A stretch of DNA of 64,000 bases from Scyliorhinus canicula. Taxonomy: Eukaryota. Positions 36,343 through 48,764 of the stretch are shown piece after piece; position 1 is the stretch's first letter; the number at the start of each line of letters is the position of its first letter. The translations under genes and the position numbers were made by a program. A model generated the notes under the pieces. It ran no database searches. It worked only from the letters and a program-made list of their open reading frames with translations, and was not told the DNA's origin. The stretch covers positions 17,178,522-17,242,521 of the forward strand of contig NC_052165.1 in assembly GCF_902713615.1 (NCBI RefSeq), given 5' to 3'.

Positions 36343-36384
36343 TCGCGTGCTTGGATTACTCAAGCTGTGTTAACTGAGGTAAGT
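36151..36384 (+). promoter_or_regulatory. Probable LLPH promoter and non-coding exon 1 (donor AG|GTAAGT at 36378/36379)
   Basis: CpG-enriched segment, three TTCCCACAATGC (ZNF143/Staf-like) motifs and a consensus donor. The LLPH ATG exon begins with an acceptor, so an upstream non-coding exon is required. Confidence 0.65.
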
Positions 36385-37102
36385 GAATGTTTTTTCCTTT
36401 ATTTCGTCCTCAGCCGTGGAACTGCGAAGAGAACCATGAGATTGTTGGAGGTGGGGGTTTGATCAAACCCCGCCGCCAGAGGCACGGTGTGGCTGCTTCC
36501 AGGGCCCGAGGCCTCCGGCTCCTTTCCTGGGGAAATGTCCGCACGGCGCAGCACAGCATCGGGGCCCGGCCAGTCTGCCCACAGCCGGCAAATAACCCCC
36601 CAGCCAATGTGATTTCAAACCTGATCACTCAGGAATGTGAAGAGAATTCCACACCCTCACCATGATGGTAAATCTGCCCCACAGTCCCCGACCCAGTCCC
36701 CGCCGGTCCGCAGTCCCACCCCCCACACACACACACACGGCCAGTTCACACTCCCAGTCTTTTACCCGCACCACTGAGCCAGTTCACACTCCCAGTCTCT
36801 TGCCCATACACACTGGGCCAGTCCACACTCCATGCACACTTGGCCGACATGCTCCCAGACACTGCCCCATACAGATACTCAGTCCACACTCCCAGACCCT
36901 GCCCCACACAATGGGCCGCTCCATACTCCTGGACATGTCCCAAACATGCGGCCAGTCCACACTGCCTCACACACTGGGACTTAGTCCCAGGCACTGCAGC
37001 ACGCACTGCTGGCCTATACTCCCAAACACTGCAGCACACGCAGGGCTGATCCATATTTCCATACACTGCCTCACACGCTGGTCTGTCCTGGTACAGCAAC
37101 AC

Positions 37103-37670
37103 TATGATTGGATTGGATTTGTTTATTGTCACGTGTACCGAGGTACAGTGAAAGGTTTTTTTCTGCAAGCAGCTCAACAGATCATTCAGTACATGAAAGA
37201 AAAGGGAATTAAACAAAATTCAAGAAAATACATGAGAATACATAATAGGGCAACACAAGATATACAATGTAACTACATAAGCATTGGCATTGGTTGAAGC
37301 ATACAGGGTGTAGTGTTAATGAGGTCAGTCACTAAGAGGGTCATTTAGGAGTCTGGTGACAGTGGGGAAGAAGCTGTTTTTGAGTCTGTTCGTGCGTGTT
37401 CTCAGACTTCTGAATCTCCTGCCCGATGGAAGAAGTTGGAAAAGTGAGTAAGCCGGGTGGGAGGGATCCTTGATTATGCTGCCCGCTTTCCCCCGGCAGC
37501 GGGAGGTGTAGATGGAATCAATGGATGGGAGGTAGGTTCGTGTGATGGACTGGGCGGTATTCACGACTCTCTGAAGTTCCTTGCGGTCCTGGGCCGAGCA
37601 GTTGCCATACCAGGCTGTGATGCAGCCTGATAGGATGCTTTCTATAGTGCATCTGTAAAAGTTGGTAACA
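37103..37670 (-). mobile_element. Rex1/Babar-like LINE 3' end in LLPH intron 1
   Basis: RTRTNRLKNSFFPTVTRLLN and YRCTIESILSGCITAWYG motifs. Confidence 0.75.
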
Positions 37671-38662
37671 ATATAGTAGATAGTAGATAAACTCTTTTAT
37701 AAGTTGTCGAAGGAACTGAGTCACTTGGTGAGTTTAACTTATGAACTAATACACCCATAGCAAATGGTTAAAATAACACAAAGTTAAAAGTATAATACAA
37801 ATAAAGTAGAAGACTAAAGAACTTTAATCTAGTGGTGGGGCATTAAAATTGCTTTTAGTGAGGGTGACTTTTTAATAAAATATTAAAGTTGCTTTCTGTT
37901 GTCCTCCCTGTACATTCTGTCTATCCAATATTAGAAATTAAAATGAATAGCCAAGAATATGGAACTTGTATTTTGAAGTAAAGATGCTAGACTTTTTAAA
38001 ACTTTCACAAATTGTATTGTGTATAGTAGTTTTGTTGGCCAGACAGTGTCCCAAATGAGTTTATCCAGTGTGTTACAGAAAAGGATGTTTCATGATCTGT
38101 GATGGATATAAGTGATGGCTGGAGAATTGTTACAATTGTTCTCAGCAGTTTTTTTTAGCAGACAGGGAATTGGTTAATGCTCCAGGTGTCTTTTCTGGCA
38201 AACCACCCGTATGAAGAATGAGCGAAGCCGGATTGGGCACAACTGCATTGCCTGCTGGTAGTCACTGTCAAAGCCATACATTAATAATTGTAGTTTGGCA
38301 AGCTACTGAAGAACACTCAAATGCTCCAAATCAAGAAGGGATTGGAGGAAAATGATTGTTGCTTGATTATTTTTTATTTGGGTTTTAATACACTGCTGAT
38401 ATGATGTTGTTAATTAAAATGAGTACCATCAATATCGTGCATTTATATCATGAAATGACCCAGAATGACCACAAAAATGTAATCAAAGGTTATTGAATAT
38501 TAAAATGTTCTTCCGTCCTTGAAGAGGTAGACTTGTGCTAAGGTTGATTATGATTCCAAACTAACTTTCAAGAGACTCGGTCAAATGACCAATCTTAACA
38601 AATGAGTTTGCTTTGAACTTGGAAAAAGTGAATTCAAACCTGTCTATGCAAATAAAATTGAC

Positions 38663-38862
38663 TTTTTTTAAAAAATGTACCTAATTTTTGTTCCCCCCCA
38701 ATTAAGGGGCAATTGAGCGTAGACAATCCACCTAACCTGCACGTCTTTGGGTTGTGGAGTGAAACCCATGCAGTCACGGAGAGAATGTGCAAACTCCACA
38801 CGTACAGTGACTGGATCGAACCCAGGTCCCCAGTGCTAACCACTGCACCACTGTGCCGCCCA
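38663..38862 (-). mobile_element. V-SINE, A-tailed type
   Basis: 14-bp TSD CAAATAAAATTGAC at 38649-38662 and 38863-38876. Confidence 0.85.
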
Positions 38863-39117
38863 CAAATAAAATTGACAATATAGAGAATCACTGGATAACG
38901 AGCAGGATTCCGAGTTGGTTTCTCTTCTCTCCTTGCCCAAGGATCCAACGTGAGACTTAGTATAGCTCAATAATTCATGGTGCATTACATTTACCCATTA
39001 TGCCATTGGGGGGGGGGGGGGGGAGACATCTTATTTATCTTTATGAATGTCATACAAACTTTTATATTTAACTTGGGGTTCATGCTATTTAATTTTTTCT
39101 AAAATGCAGAACAAAGA

Positions 39118-39319
39118 ATGGCAAAAAGCCTAAGGAGTAAATGGAAGCGGAAGATGCGGGCAGAAAAGAGGAAGAAAAATGCGCCAAAGGAGCTTGCGCG
39201 GCTGAAAAGTATACTCGGAGCAGATGGCAGTGGTGATATTACCATGAATGATGTGAAAGAAGTTGCAACTGTGGTCTCATGTGAAAAACTCAAACAGAAC
39301 CCAGCCAAAGGAGATAATG
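39118..39319 (+). CDS. LLPH: LLPH first coding exon (exon starts 39110)
   Basis: tgcag acceptor at 39108-39109, ATG at 39118, donor GTAATT at 39320. Confidence 0.94.
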
Positions 39320-42300
39320 GTAATTTTTTTCAGTGTTGGGAAACTATTAGGCGATGTCCATGATATTAGATGCACCTAAGGCCAAATTTAATCAAGAAAG
39401 TTTGATTAAGCAGCATCCACAATGAATTTCAGCGGCCTGAAAATTCTGGGATGCAACATAAGGGAGGAGTTGGTGAGTTAGAGTAGGAGATTATTTTTTT
39501 AATATACATTTAGAGTACCCGATTATTTTTTTCAATTGAGGAGCAATTTAGTGTGGCCAATCCACCTAACCTGCACATCTTTGGGTTGTGGGGGTGAAAC
39601 CCACGCAGGCACGGGGAAAATGTGCAAACTCCACACGGACAGTGACCTGGGGCCGGGATCGAACCCGGGTCCTCAGCATAATGATGCAGCAGTGCTAACT
39701 ACTGTGCCATCGTGCCGCCCGAGAATAGGAGATTATCATGTCTCCTGACTTCAAGGCGCTGTGAGGAAGAGGATATATAACATTTATAAATTGAGGGGTT
39801 TGAATCTGTAAATTAACGGTGTTTCCAGGCGGCACGGTGGTACTGTGGTTAGCACTGCTGCCTCACGCCACCGAGGACCCGGGTTCGATCCCGGCTCTGG
39901 GTCAATCTCCATGTGGAGTTTGCACATTCTTCCCGTGTCTCACCCCCACAACCCAAAAATGTGCAGGTTAGATAGAAAGAATTGGGTACTCTAAATTTTA
40001 AGAAAAAAAACATTTGTTTCCGTTTTCAAAACAGTTGTCACCAGCGCTATTTAATTCAAATATATATTTTTTACATTTAAGAAATTTTTCATTGCAAGAA
40101 AACAAAGCCATACTAACCAACAAATATATAAAGATACAATACATGAATAGCGCAATCAATAATTAACAACTGCACCAAATCCAACCGTTCAACATATAAC
40201 TAAAAATTAAACCCCCACCCCTAACAGCTGATGGTCTCACATTCTCTGAAAAACTATATCAATGGTTGCCTTCTACCGACCCTCGAATGGTGTACTTGAC
40301 CTTCTCCAGATATAGGAACTCTGTTAGGTCACCCAACCAGACCGAGGCACTGGGCGGATTAGGAGATCTCCACCCCAGTAGAACCCGCCTCCCGGGCTAA
40401 CAATGAGGCAAAGGAGAGGACATCTGCTTTCACCCCCATCTGTAGCACTATTGAGTCTGAAACCTCAAAAATGGCCACCAGGGGACAAGGCTTCAGTTTC
40501 ATATGCAGAATCCCATACATGGTGGCGACCCATAAGCTTGCAAGTTTAGGTCACGACTATGGGCATGATTCGCTGGTTCCCGAGAACAACATTCGCACCG
40601 ATTCTCCACCTCCGAGAAAAAAAGCACTCATTCTCGTCTTGATCAGACACGCCCTGGGCACCACCTTGAACTGAATCAAGCTGAGCCTAGCACCTAGGAG
40701 GTTGAGTTGACCCTGTGAAGGGCCTCACTCCACCTCCCACTTCCTTAACACCTCATCCAACGGAGCCTGCTCCGCCGACAGGATCTGGCCATAAATGTCC
40801 AAAATCTTTCCCCTCAGCCAAATTGACCAGAGATGTGATCCTATTCAGCAGGGAGGGCGAAGGTGCCAAGGGAAATGAAGAGATCTCCTTGCGCAAGACG
40901 TCGTGAACCTGGAAATATTAGAATAAGTTATTACTTTGGAGTTGGAATTTGTTCAACAGCTCCTCAAAACTGGCACTTACCCTCTAAAATAGGACCCCAA
41001 ACCTCTCCAGCCCCTTTCTCCATGACCTGAACTTCAGGTCTAAACCAACTGGCACAAAGAGATTCCACAAATGGTGGCTAACCAACAACATGGAGCTGAG
41101 CTTAAAATGTTGTCTAAACTGCCTCCAAATCCTCAAAGTGGACACCACTACTGGACTTGAGGTAAATTTTGCAGGGGAAAACTGAAGCGTGACAATTACC
41201 AGGGGCCTCAAACTAGAACCCCTACAAGAGCACACCTGCATCTGCCATTTGGAATTCGGATCCTTGAGCCACCCAAGTACTTTTTCGATATTAGCTGCTC
41301 AGCGACAAAATAACAATCTCTCCTCTCATCTCTTTCCTCTCTCTCTCTCTTGCTGAAGGAAGCTAGCACCTTGTTGACTCTAGCCAAGGAAAATGGTGAG
41401 ACGGGAGGACATTAATTTTAACAGTCTGAACCCTGTCCGCTAAGTCAGATTTAACCCCATTCACCAGACTAGCCTACTTTAATTTATGAAGCAAGGGACA
41501 ATTATGGGCCACCCGGATTCCCAGATAATGAAAGCTAGATCTGGCAAGACAAAAAGGCAACATCCCAGATCGGCTTCTCTCCCTGGAGGATTCCCTGGAA
41601 AGTATTTGCCCTTATCCAAATTCAACTTTTACTCGAGAAGGAACCGAAACTCCGACGTAGCTTCATTACCTCATCCATGGTGGAGACTGGGTCCGTGATA
41701 TAAGGAAACAGACCATCTGCATACAAGAACATATTCTCCCTCCCTTGCTTTATCAGGGGCTGGTTTAGCACATTGGGCTAAACAGCTGGCTTTTAATGCA
41801 GAAAAAGGCCAGCAGCGCGGGCTCAATTCCCGTACCGGCCTCCCCGAACAAGCGTCGGAATGTGGCGACTGGGGGCTTTTCGCGGTAACTTCATTGAAGC
41901 CTATTTGTGACAATAAGCGATTATTATTATCCCACTCCACCCAGTGGCAGATCTTAACGCAATGGCCAATGGCACTGTTTAATTCTTAATGTTTAACCTG
42001 AATAGTCATTGTTGACTGATGGCATTACAACCAAACCCAATGCTATCCTCTGCTGATGTGTGTACCCACACACTTGCTGCAAGGATGCTGAGTTTGATTG
42101 TAATATCTGTGGCATCAAGGGGAGATGATCGAATACGGGTAATATCACGGGACTTGTAATCCAGAAGCCCAGGCTAATGTTCCCAGGACATAGCTTCAAA
42201 CCCCACAACGACAGCTAGTGAAATTTAAATTCAATTAATAAATCTGGAATTGAAAGCTCGTACCAGTAATGGTGAGGTGACCATGAAACTATAATCGATT

Positions 42301-42894
42301 GTAGTAAAAAAAAACATCTGGCTCACTAATGTCCTTAAGGGAAGGAAATCTGCCATCCTTACCTGGCCTGGCCTAGATGTGACTCCAGCAACACAGGTTG
42401 ACTATTAACTGCCTTCTGAAATGGCTGAGCAAACCGTTCAGTTCAAGGGTAATTAGGGATGGGCAACAAATGCTGGCCTCACCAGCAACTCCCACCTCCC
42501 ATGAAAGAATGAAGAAATAATCCTCCATGAGATTGGCTAATTCAGAACTGAACATGGATTAATTCTGGATCTTCCCTAGTTTGTGTAGAGTACATACTTG
42601 CACTTGATTAATTTGCATGGTATTATGATGGTTTATGTGTAAGGTACTACTTGTCAGAACTTGGATGTTGATGGCCTGAGAATTAATTTGAATGTTTTAT
42701 AACTATGTAAACAAAACTTATCCTTCACAGATGATGCTTCTACCATGGACATCGATAAGAAAAGGAACAAAAATACTCTTTTGAATGAACATGGACAGTA
42801 TCCATTATGGATGCATCCTAGGCATAGAAAGAAGCTCAAGCGACAACTGAAAAATAAGAGGAAATCAAAACATTCAAAGGGGTTAGCTCGGTAG
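39118..42894 (+). CDS. LLPH: LLPH (LAPS18-like protein LLP homolog); 2 coding exons, 121 aa
   Basis: 39118-39319 ([33 protein letters not shown]...) plus 42731-42894 (...[21 protein letters not shown]...GLAR*), GT-AG and in frame; next to TMBIM4 as in other vertebrates. Confidence 0.96.
39495..39720 (-). mobile_element. V-SINE
   Basis: Family consensus; flanking repeat TAGGAGATTAT. Confidence 0.82.
39828..40010 (+). mobile_element. V-SINE
   Basis: Family consensus. Confidence 0.8.
40050..41310 (-). mobile_element. Decayed L1/Tx1-like fragment in LLPH intron 2
   Basis: [18 protein letters not shown] block shared with the other copies. Confidence 0.7.
41756..41930 (+). mobile_element. Second short tRNA-derived SINE family
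   Basis: GGGGCTGGTTTAGCAC...GGAATGTGGCGACT...GTGACAATAAG; related copies near 5266-5460 and 53124-53290. Confidence 0.65.
42731..42894 (+). CDS. LLPH: LLPH last coding exon
   Basis: ttcacag acceptor; GQYPLWM motif; TAG at 42892-42894. Confidence 0.94.
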
Positions 42895-42944
42895 ACATGT
42901 AAGAAAAGCTAACATAACTGTGATTAAGTCCTTGTATGCTTCTT

Positions 42945-43128
42945 TTTTTAAAATAAATTTAGCGTACCCAATTCATTTTTTCCAATTAAGGGGCAATTTC
43001 GCGTGTTCAATCCACCTACCTTGCACATCTTTGGGTTGTAGGGGCGAAACCCACGCAAACACGGGGAGAATGTGCAAACTCCACGCGAGCTGGGATCGAA
43101 CCTTGGACCTCTGTGCCGTGAGACTGCA
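42945..43128 (-). mobile_element. 5'-truncated V-SINE in the LLPH 3' UTR
   Basis: 14-bp TSD CTTGTATGCTTCTT at 42931-42944 and 43129-43142. Confidence 0.85.
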
Positions 43129-43298
43129 CTTGTATGCTTCTTAAGAGAAGACAGGAAAAAAATATCAAGTTTGGAAAGACAGTGGATGTTCTGAATGTTT
43201 GAGGTGTGCTGACTGAGGAAAAATTACAGTACACGCTTTTAGAAATGTATAGTACAACAATTCTAGTACAATCTGCCGTATCTTTGTAACCTGTTTAG

Positions 43299-43324
43299 AA
43301 TAAAAGGTTACCATCAGCAATAAA
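43299..43324 (+). terminator. Probable LLPH polyadenylation signals
   Basis: AATAAA at 43299-43304 and 43319-43324. Confidence 0.5.
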
Positions 43325-44756
43325 ATTACATAATTACACTGTAAGTTTAGCATGAGCTGATGCTTCAGTTACAATGTAAATGCAACACAAAACATTACAC
43401 ACGACACAAAGTCGGAGTCTGGTAAGTAATTAATTAAAATTTGTATGTCGTCAGGTAAACAACATATTCTTTGTGAACCATTCAACCCCATGACAATGGA
43501 AAGTTGACTGCCTTACCTTTGATCTGATCTTGCTCTGCTGCAGGCTACAATTATGGTTTCAGCAACAACTTAAATCCTGGAATGCAACGGTGGTGCAGTG
43601 GTTAGCACTGTTGCCTCAAGGTGCCGAGGACCCGAGATCGATCCCGTGTCCGTGTGAAGTTTGCATACTCTCCCCGTGTCTGTGGGTCTCACCCTCAACC
43701 CAAAGATGTGCAGGGTAGGTGAATTGGCAACATTAAATTGCCTCTTAATTGGAACAAAAAGAATTTGGCACTCTGAATTTATTTTTTTTAAATCTTGGAA
43801 TGCCTACATGAAGACTGGATATATTTTCTGAGCAATTAGAAAACCTTGTCGAAGAGATAGGCTAGATCCGAAGTCATTTGAATTTTACAGTTTGCAAAAT
43901 AGTGGCATTTCCTTGTATTTTTAATTTTTTTCCATTAACCAAGACCTCTATGTACAAATTATTCGTATACCCATGAGATTAATAGATCTGATTAATGTAG
44001 GCGGGGAAAATATCCTGAGATTATCAGGCAATAAAATATATAAACCTCATTTACAGAAATCTATGTAGTTTTTGGAAAAGCTGTTTATATTTCTATTTTT
44101 TTTTAGTATTATAGTGTTAAATGTAATTTACAGTTTGGGTACCAGAAAGCTGTGACTTTTAATTCTATGACTGATGGTGAAATCACCTCACTAATGTTAT
44201 TTGTATGTTTTCTCAACACAGCATTTTTTGTGAATAACAAATATATAGTATTCAATAACTTGCCTAAAAATAGAATCTTACAACAAACATTTGTGTGTCT
44301 AAATTCCATTATGAATTCTTTCCAAGCCACTGTTTGCATAAATATAAGTCCAACAATAAACTCATTGCAGAGTTACAGAATGTAGTAATGCAAATTATTC
44401 CATCTTAAGCATTTGACAATGAGTTGAACTGTCAAAGAGAATTTAAATGCTCAGGAAGGAAATTACTTCAGGGACTTGAGATTGTCACCAATTTTGTTAA
44501 TTAACTGTAAAGTGTGTGAATGATAGCTGAATACAAACCATATAAAACAGTGCACAAGGATAACATCCTGGATTTCCTATGCTATGCCATTTCAGACATG
44601 CATGGGTTTTCTTATTGATAAAATTGAGCTGTGTCTCAATACATATTCATTCTGGTGGTCTAACTCCTATTGGTCGTTCCTTGGTTTTTGACTCACATCT
44701 GTCTTGGTGTTCCCAGCTGTGATATCTATGTTGTGAACATTCAGAGTGGTTTGAAT

Positions 44757-44763
<7 letters not shown>

Positions 44764-44845
<82 letters not shown>
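44764..44845 (+). repeat. (CT)n microsatellite
   Basis: About 40 perfect CT units. Confidence 0.95.
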
Positions 44846-44846
<1 letters not shown>

Positions 44847-47339
44847 ACCGTCCCCGTTTCCCCCCCCCCCACATCTCTCTCCATGCTGCTAAAACTTGGG
44901 GTGTTCTCTTGTCTATTCTGCTTCCCTTGTAATTGTTCTGAATGAAGGAGTGATGGGAATTGGGTCAGGGTCAATCATGGGGTTCAAGTTTGGAGAAGGG
45001 TTTAAGGCAAAAGTCTGTTTGCCAGTGATTTTCAAGTTCTTGTCGAAGCTGCTTGATTTTGATAAGTCGTTTTATCAAAATCTAATCCTACTGCTGTTCC
45101 TTGATTTAGTCCTACTCCAGCTATTTTTATTTACTTTTTAATTTAAAGTACCCAATTCTCTCTCTTTACAATTAAGGGACAATTTAGTGTGGCCAATCCA
45201 CCTAACCTGCACATCTTTGGGTTGTGGGGGTGAGACCCAAGCAGACGCCGGGAGAAAGTACAAACTCCACACGGAGTCTTGCAGCTATTTTTAAACTTTG
45301 TTCTAAAAAATTTTTTTGTTTCTGTTCCATAAATTTCTATTTTTAGCCCAAGAGTTTATTTTTATTTTCATTGCCTGTGATTGCTTTTTATTGCCTGCTT
45401 CTGGAGTTTTTGTTTTCTATTTTGGTTCCCTTGGCTTCTTGTGCTTGTATTTCTTTTAGTAATACACTTGATTCTTTTAACTTCCTTTGTACACTTTTCA
45501 ATCCCTCACAGTGTGTTTTTAAACTAGAGTTCTTCTGTTATTATTATGACCCACTCCCAGTGTTTCTGTTTCTTTTGGTTTGACTCCTACTCTTTATATT
45601 TCCTTTTAATCCCACTCCCCACGGTGTATTTTTTTTAACCTCCTCCCCATCCTCCACCAGTGTTTGTTTTGTTTAATACAACTTTGCTTTTTTATTAGTC
45701 CTGCACCTTGTGTTCATTTTTTCCCATCTCAAAATCTCAAAACCCAAGAATATTCTTTGTAATGTCTGGAAATTTGTTTCCTAACTTACCCCTCTATCTG
45801 TTCTGTCATCTCATTCTCAATCATAACTACCCTAACTCCTCCTTTCCATTTGTACCACATTCAGCCAATCTTCCCATATTCACTGCCACCAAACTCCACC
45901 ATTGTCTTTCTTTCCTTTCTCCAATACGGCAATCACAGAAATAAATGACTTATGAGTTAACAAACGCATTGATAAAGCACTTTGTGCACGAAGAAAGGAA
46001 CTGGCTCATATGGAGAAAATAGATCTCAGCTCAAAGGGCCATATAATAGGTCAGAGAAGAGGTTGGCAGGAAAGTGATGGGGTTCTCGGTGGTCCAAATG
46101 GAACCAAAGGCAGTTTAAGGCCAGTTTGCCTATTCCCTCCTCGGCTTTCAGACATCCTGAAGATACTGCTAGGCTGTAAGGTGCAAAATCCTGTATGCCC
46201 ATCCCAATTCCAAAGTTACCCTGACGTTGATACACATAGCAATTGCAGTTGGCCATTTAGTATCTTAAGCCTGTTATGCAATTCAATTAGATAATTTAAA
46301 ACATTTTTTCAATCAATAGCCAAATTTTGTTACGTACCTCCTTTAAAATTTTGGGTCGGAAGCAATCGGGTCCTGGGGATTTGTCAGCCTTTTGTGTCAT
46401 TTTTTTTACAAAATTGTTTTCTTATGTTAACTTTAGTGCCTTCCATTTCTTAATTTCTTTTGAATGCAGTTACGTTATCCTCTTCCTCAAGGTGAAGATG
46501 GACACAAAGTAATTATTCAACAAGTCTGCCATTTCCTTATTTTCATTTCCCGTATTACCGACATCTGTTTTTGAAAGATCTGCATTGCCTTAGACTGCCA
46601 TTTACTTACAACTGTGAAGACATTTAGCTAATATTGCCATTCCTTGCAAGATTCTTTTGGTATTCCCTCTTTTGCAGCTGTTACTAATATTTTGTCTTCC
46701 TGTGCCAATCTTGTATTCCCCTGGAAATGCTTGATTCTTTGCACTTTTGTATGTTCTTTCCTTCAGTTTTATGTGAGCTCAAAGCTATAACCCCTTTTGT
46801 GGACCATAACTCTTTTATCAGTATAAATGAGTGTGAAGGATAATAATGCTTGGTATTATGTCAAAATATTTTATTATAAAAATTGCTGACTTACTACAAG
46901 CAATGCCAAAGGATATCTGCCAGAAATGCTTGAAAAGCTTTGCACATCATACATACAAGATTGGGGAGCAACCAGGATTTTACACCAAATTATACAACCA
47001 AGTTTGCCATTGCCCTCTGGTTTCGCGGACTGTGCCATTCAGCAGCCTCCCATCCCTTAAACTGGGCCTTCCCTGCCGAGCCTCCCCATTCAAGCTTAGG
47101 TTAGGGAGGAAAAAGGGAGAGCAAATTATAGAAGTTAAGTGGAGAGTACTGGGAGCAAAGAAAGGAATGAGGAGGAGGGAAAGCAGAAAAAAACAAGTTG
47201 GGAGAAGGGTTGAGATGAAGGCAGTGGCGCTCAAGCAAGATGAAACCTGAAGGGCATTATTATCCTTACAAATAGAAAACTTGCAGAGTCCTGCCCCTCC
47301 CATGGTCTCTTTCTACCCACCCTTTATCGTATCTGAACT

Positions 47340-48300
47340 AAGGGATGTTGGTGAGGTCACATCTGAACTATTGTTTGCAGCTTTGGTGCCCTTATCTGAG
47401 GAGGAATGTTTTTGCTATGGAAGGAGTGTAACAAAGGTTTACCAGGCTGATTCCTGGGATGGTAGGACTGCCATATGAGGAGAGACTTATTATCTTCATT
47501 GGAGTTTAGAAGAGTGGGAGGGGATTTTAGAGAAACTGAACAGGATTAGACAAGAGTAGATTGTTCCTGATGTGGGTGAGTTCAGAACTAGGGGTCATAG
47601 TTTGAGGATAAGGGGGAAAACTTTTAGGACTGAAGTGAAGAAAAATGTCTTCACCCAGAGAGTGGTGAACCTGGAATTCACTGCCACAAAGTAGTTGAGG
47701 CCAAAATGTTGTGTAATTTCAAGAAGGAATAGGGTGGCACAGTGGATAGCACTGCAGCCTCACAGCGCTGAGGATCCGGGTTCGATCCTGGCCCCGGGTC
47801 ACTGTCCGTGTGGAGCTTGCACATTCTCCCGTGTCAGTGTGTTTCACCCCCACAACCCAAGGATGTGCAGGGTAGGTGGATTGGTCATGCTAAATTGCTC
47901 GTTAATTGGAAAACAAAAGAATTGGGTACTCAAGAAAAAATTAAGAAAGGAATTAGATATAGTTCTTGAGGCTAAAGGTATCAAGACATGGGGATCAAGT
48001 ATGGAACTTGGGCAGATGGTGGCACAGTGGGTTGGCCCTGCTGCCTCACGGCCCTGAGGTCCCAGGTTTGATCCCGGCTCTGGGTCAGTATCCGTGTGGA
48101 GTTTAACATTCTCCCCGTGTTTGCGTGGGTTTCGCCCCCACAACCCAAAGATGTGCATGCTAGGTGAATTGGCCACGCTAAATTGCCCTTTAATTGGAAA
48201 AGAATGAATTGGGTACTCTAAATTTATTTTTTAAAGGTATGGAACTTGATGATCAGCTATGATCATAATGAATGGCGGAGCAGGCTCAAATGGCCTGCTA
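47340..48300 (+). mobile_element. Old CR1 3' fragment with nested SINEs
   Basis: Degenerate CR1 C-terminal sequence (ttcacccagagagtggtg), split by SINEs at 47731 and 48011. Confidence 0.55.
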
Positions 48301-48764
48301 TTTTTAAAAGATTTTTAGAGTACCCAGTTATTTTGTTCCAATTAAGGGCAAATTTAGCATGGCCAATCCACCTACCCTGCAGATTTTTTGGATTGTGGAG
48401 GTGAGAACTACTCTGACATGGGGAGAACGTGCAAGCTGCACATAGACAGCTGCTTCTATTTTCTATTTATGGTTCTATTTGTAAACTAATGAGTCTGTCA
48501 CCATCGTTATCCTCCTTTCCTACTTTGATGCCAGATGCATCAATGAACAGCATATGTGGTGCAAGAGTGTGGCCATTGTGGAGAAGGTGGATGGGTGTAT
48601 ACGATTGAGTGAAAGGGATCAGGTATCTATCAGCTGCAGATTGATACTGGTGGTTGGCTAGGTACACGAGAGAAAATAGCGCACAGTGGTTCTCTTCACT
48701 ATCATTCGTCATCAATCTCTACGTACAAATTATTTCCTGATTCTTCCTCCTTCGATGGTTTATA

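Noticed and set aside
36341-36350. BANP-type TCTCGCGAGA motif
   Set aside because: The sequence is TCTCGCGTGC, only a partial match.
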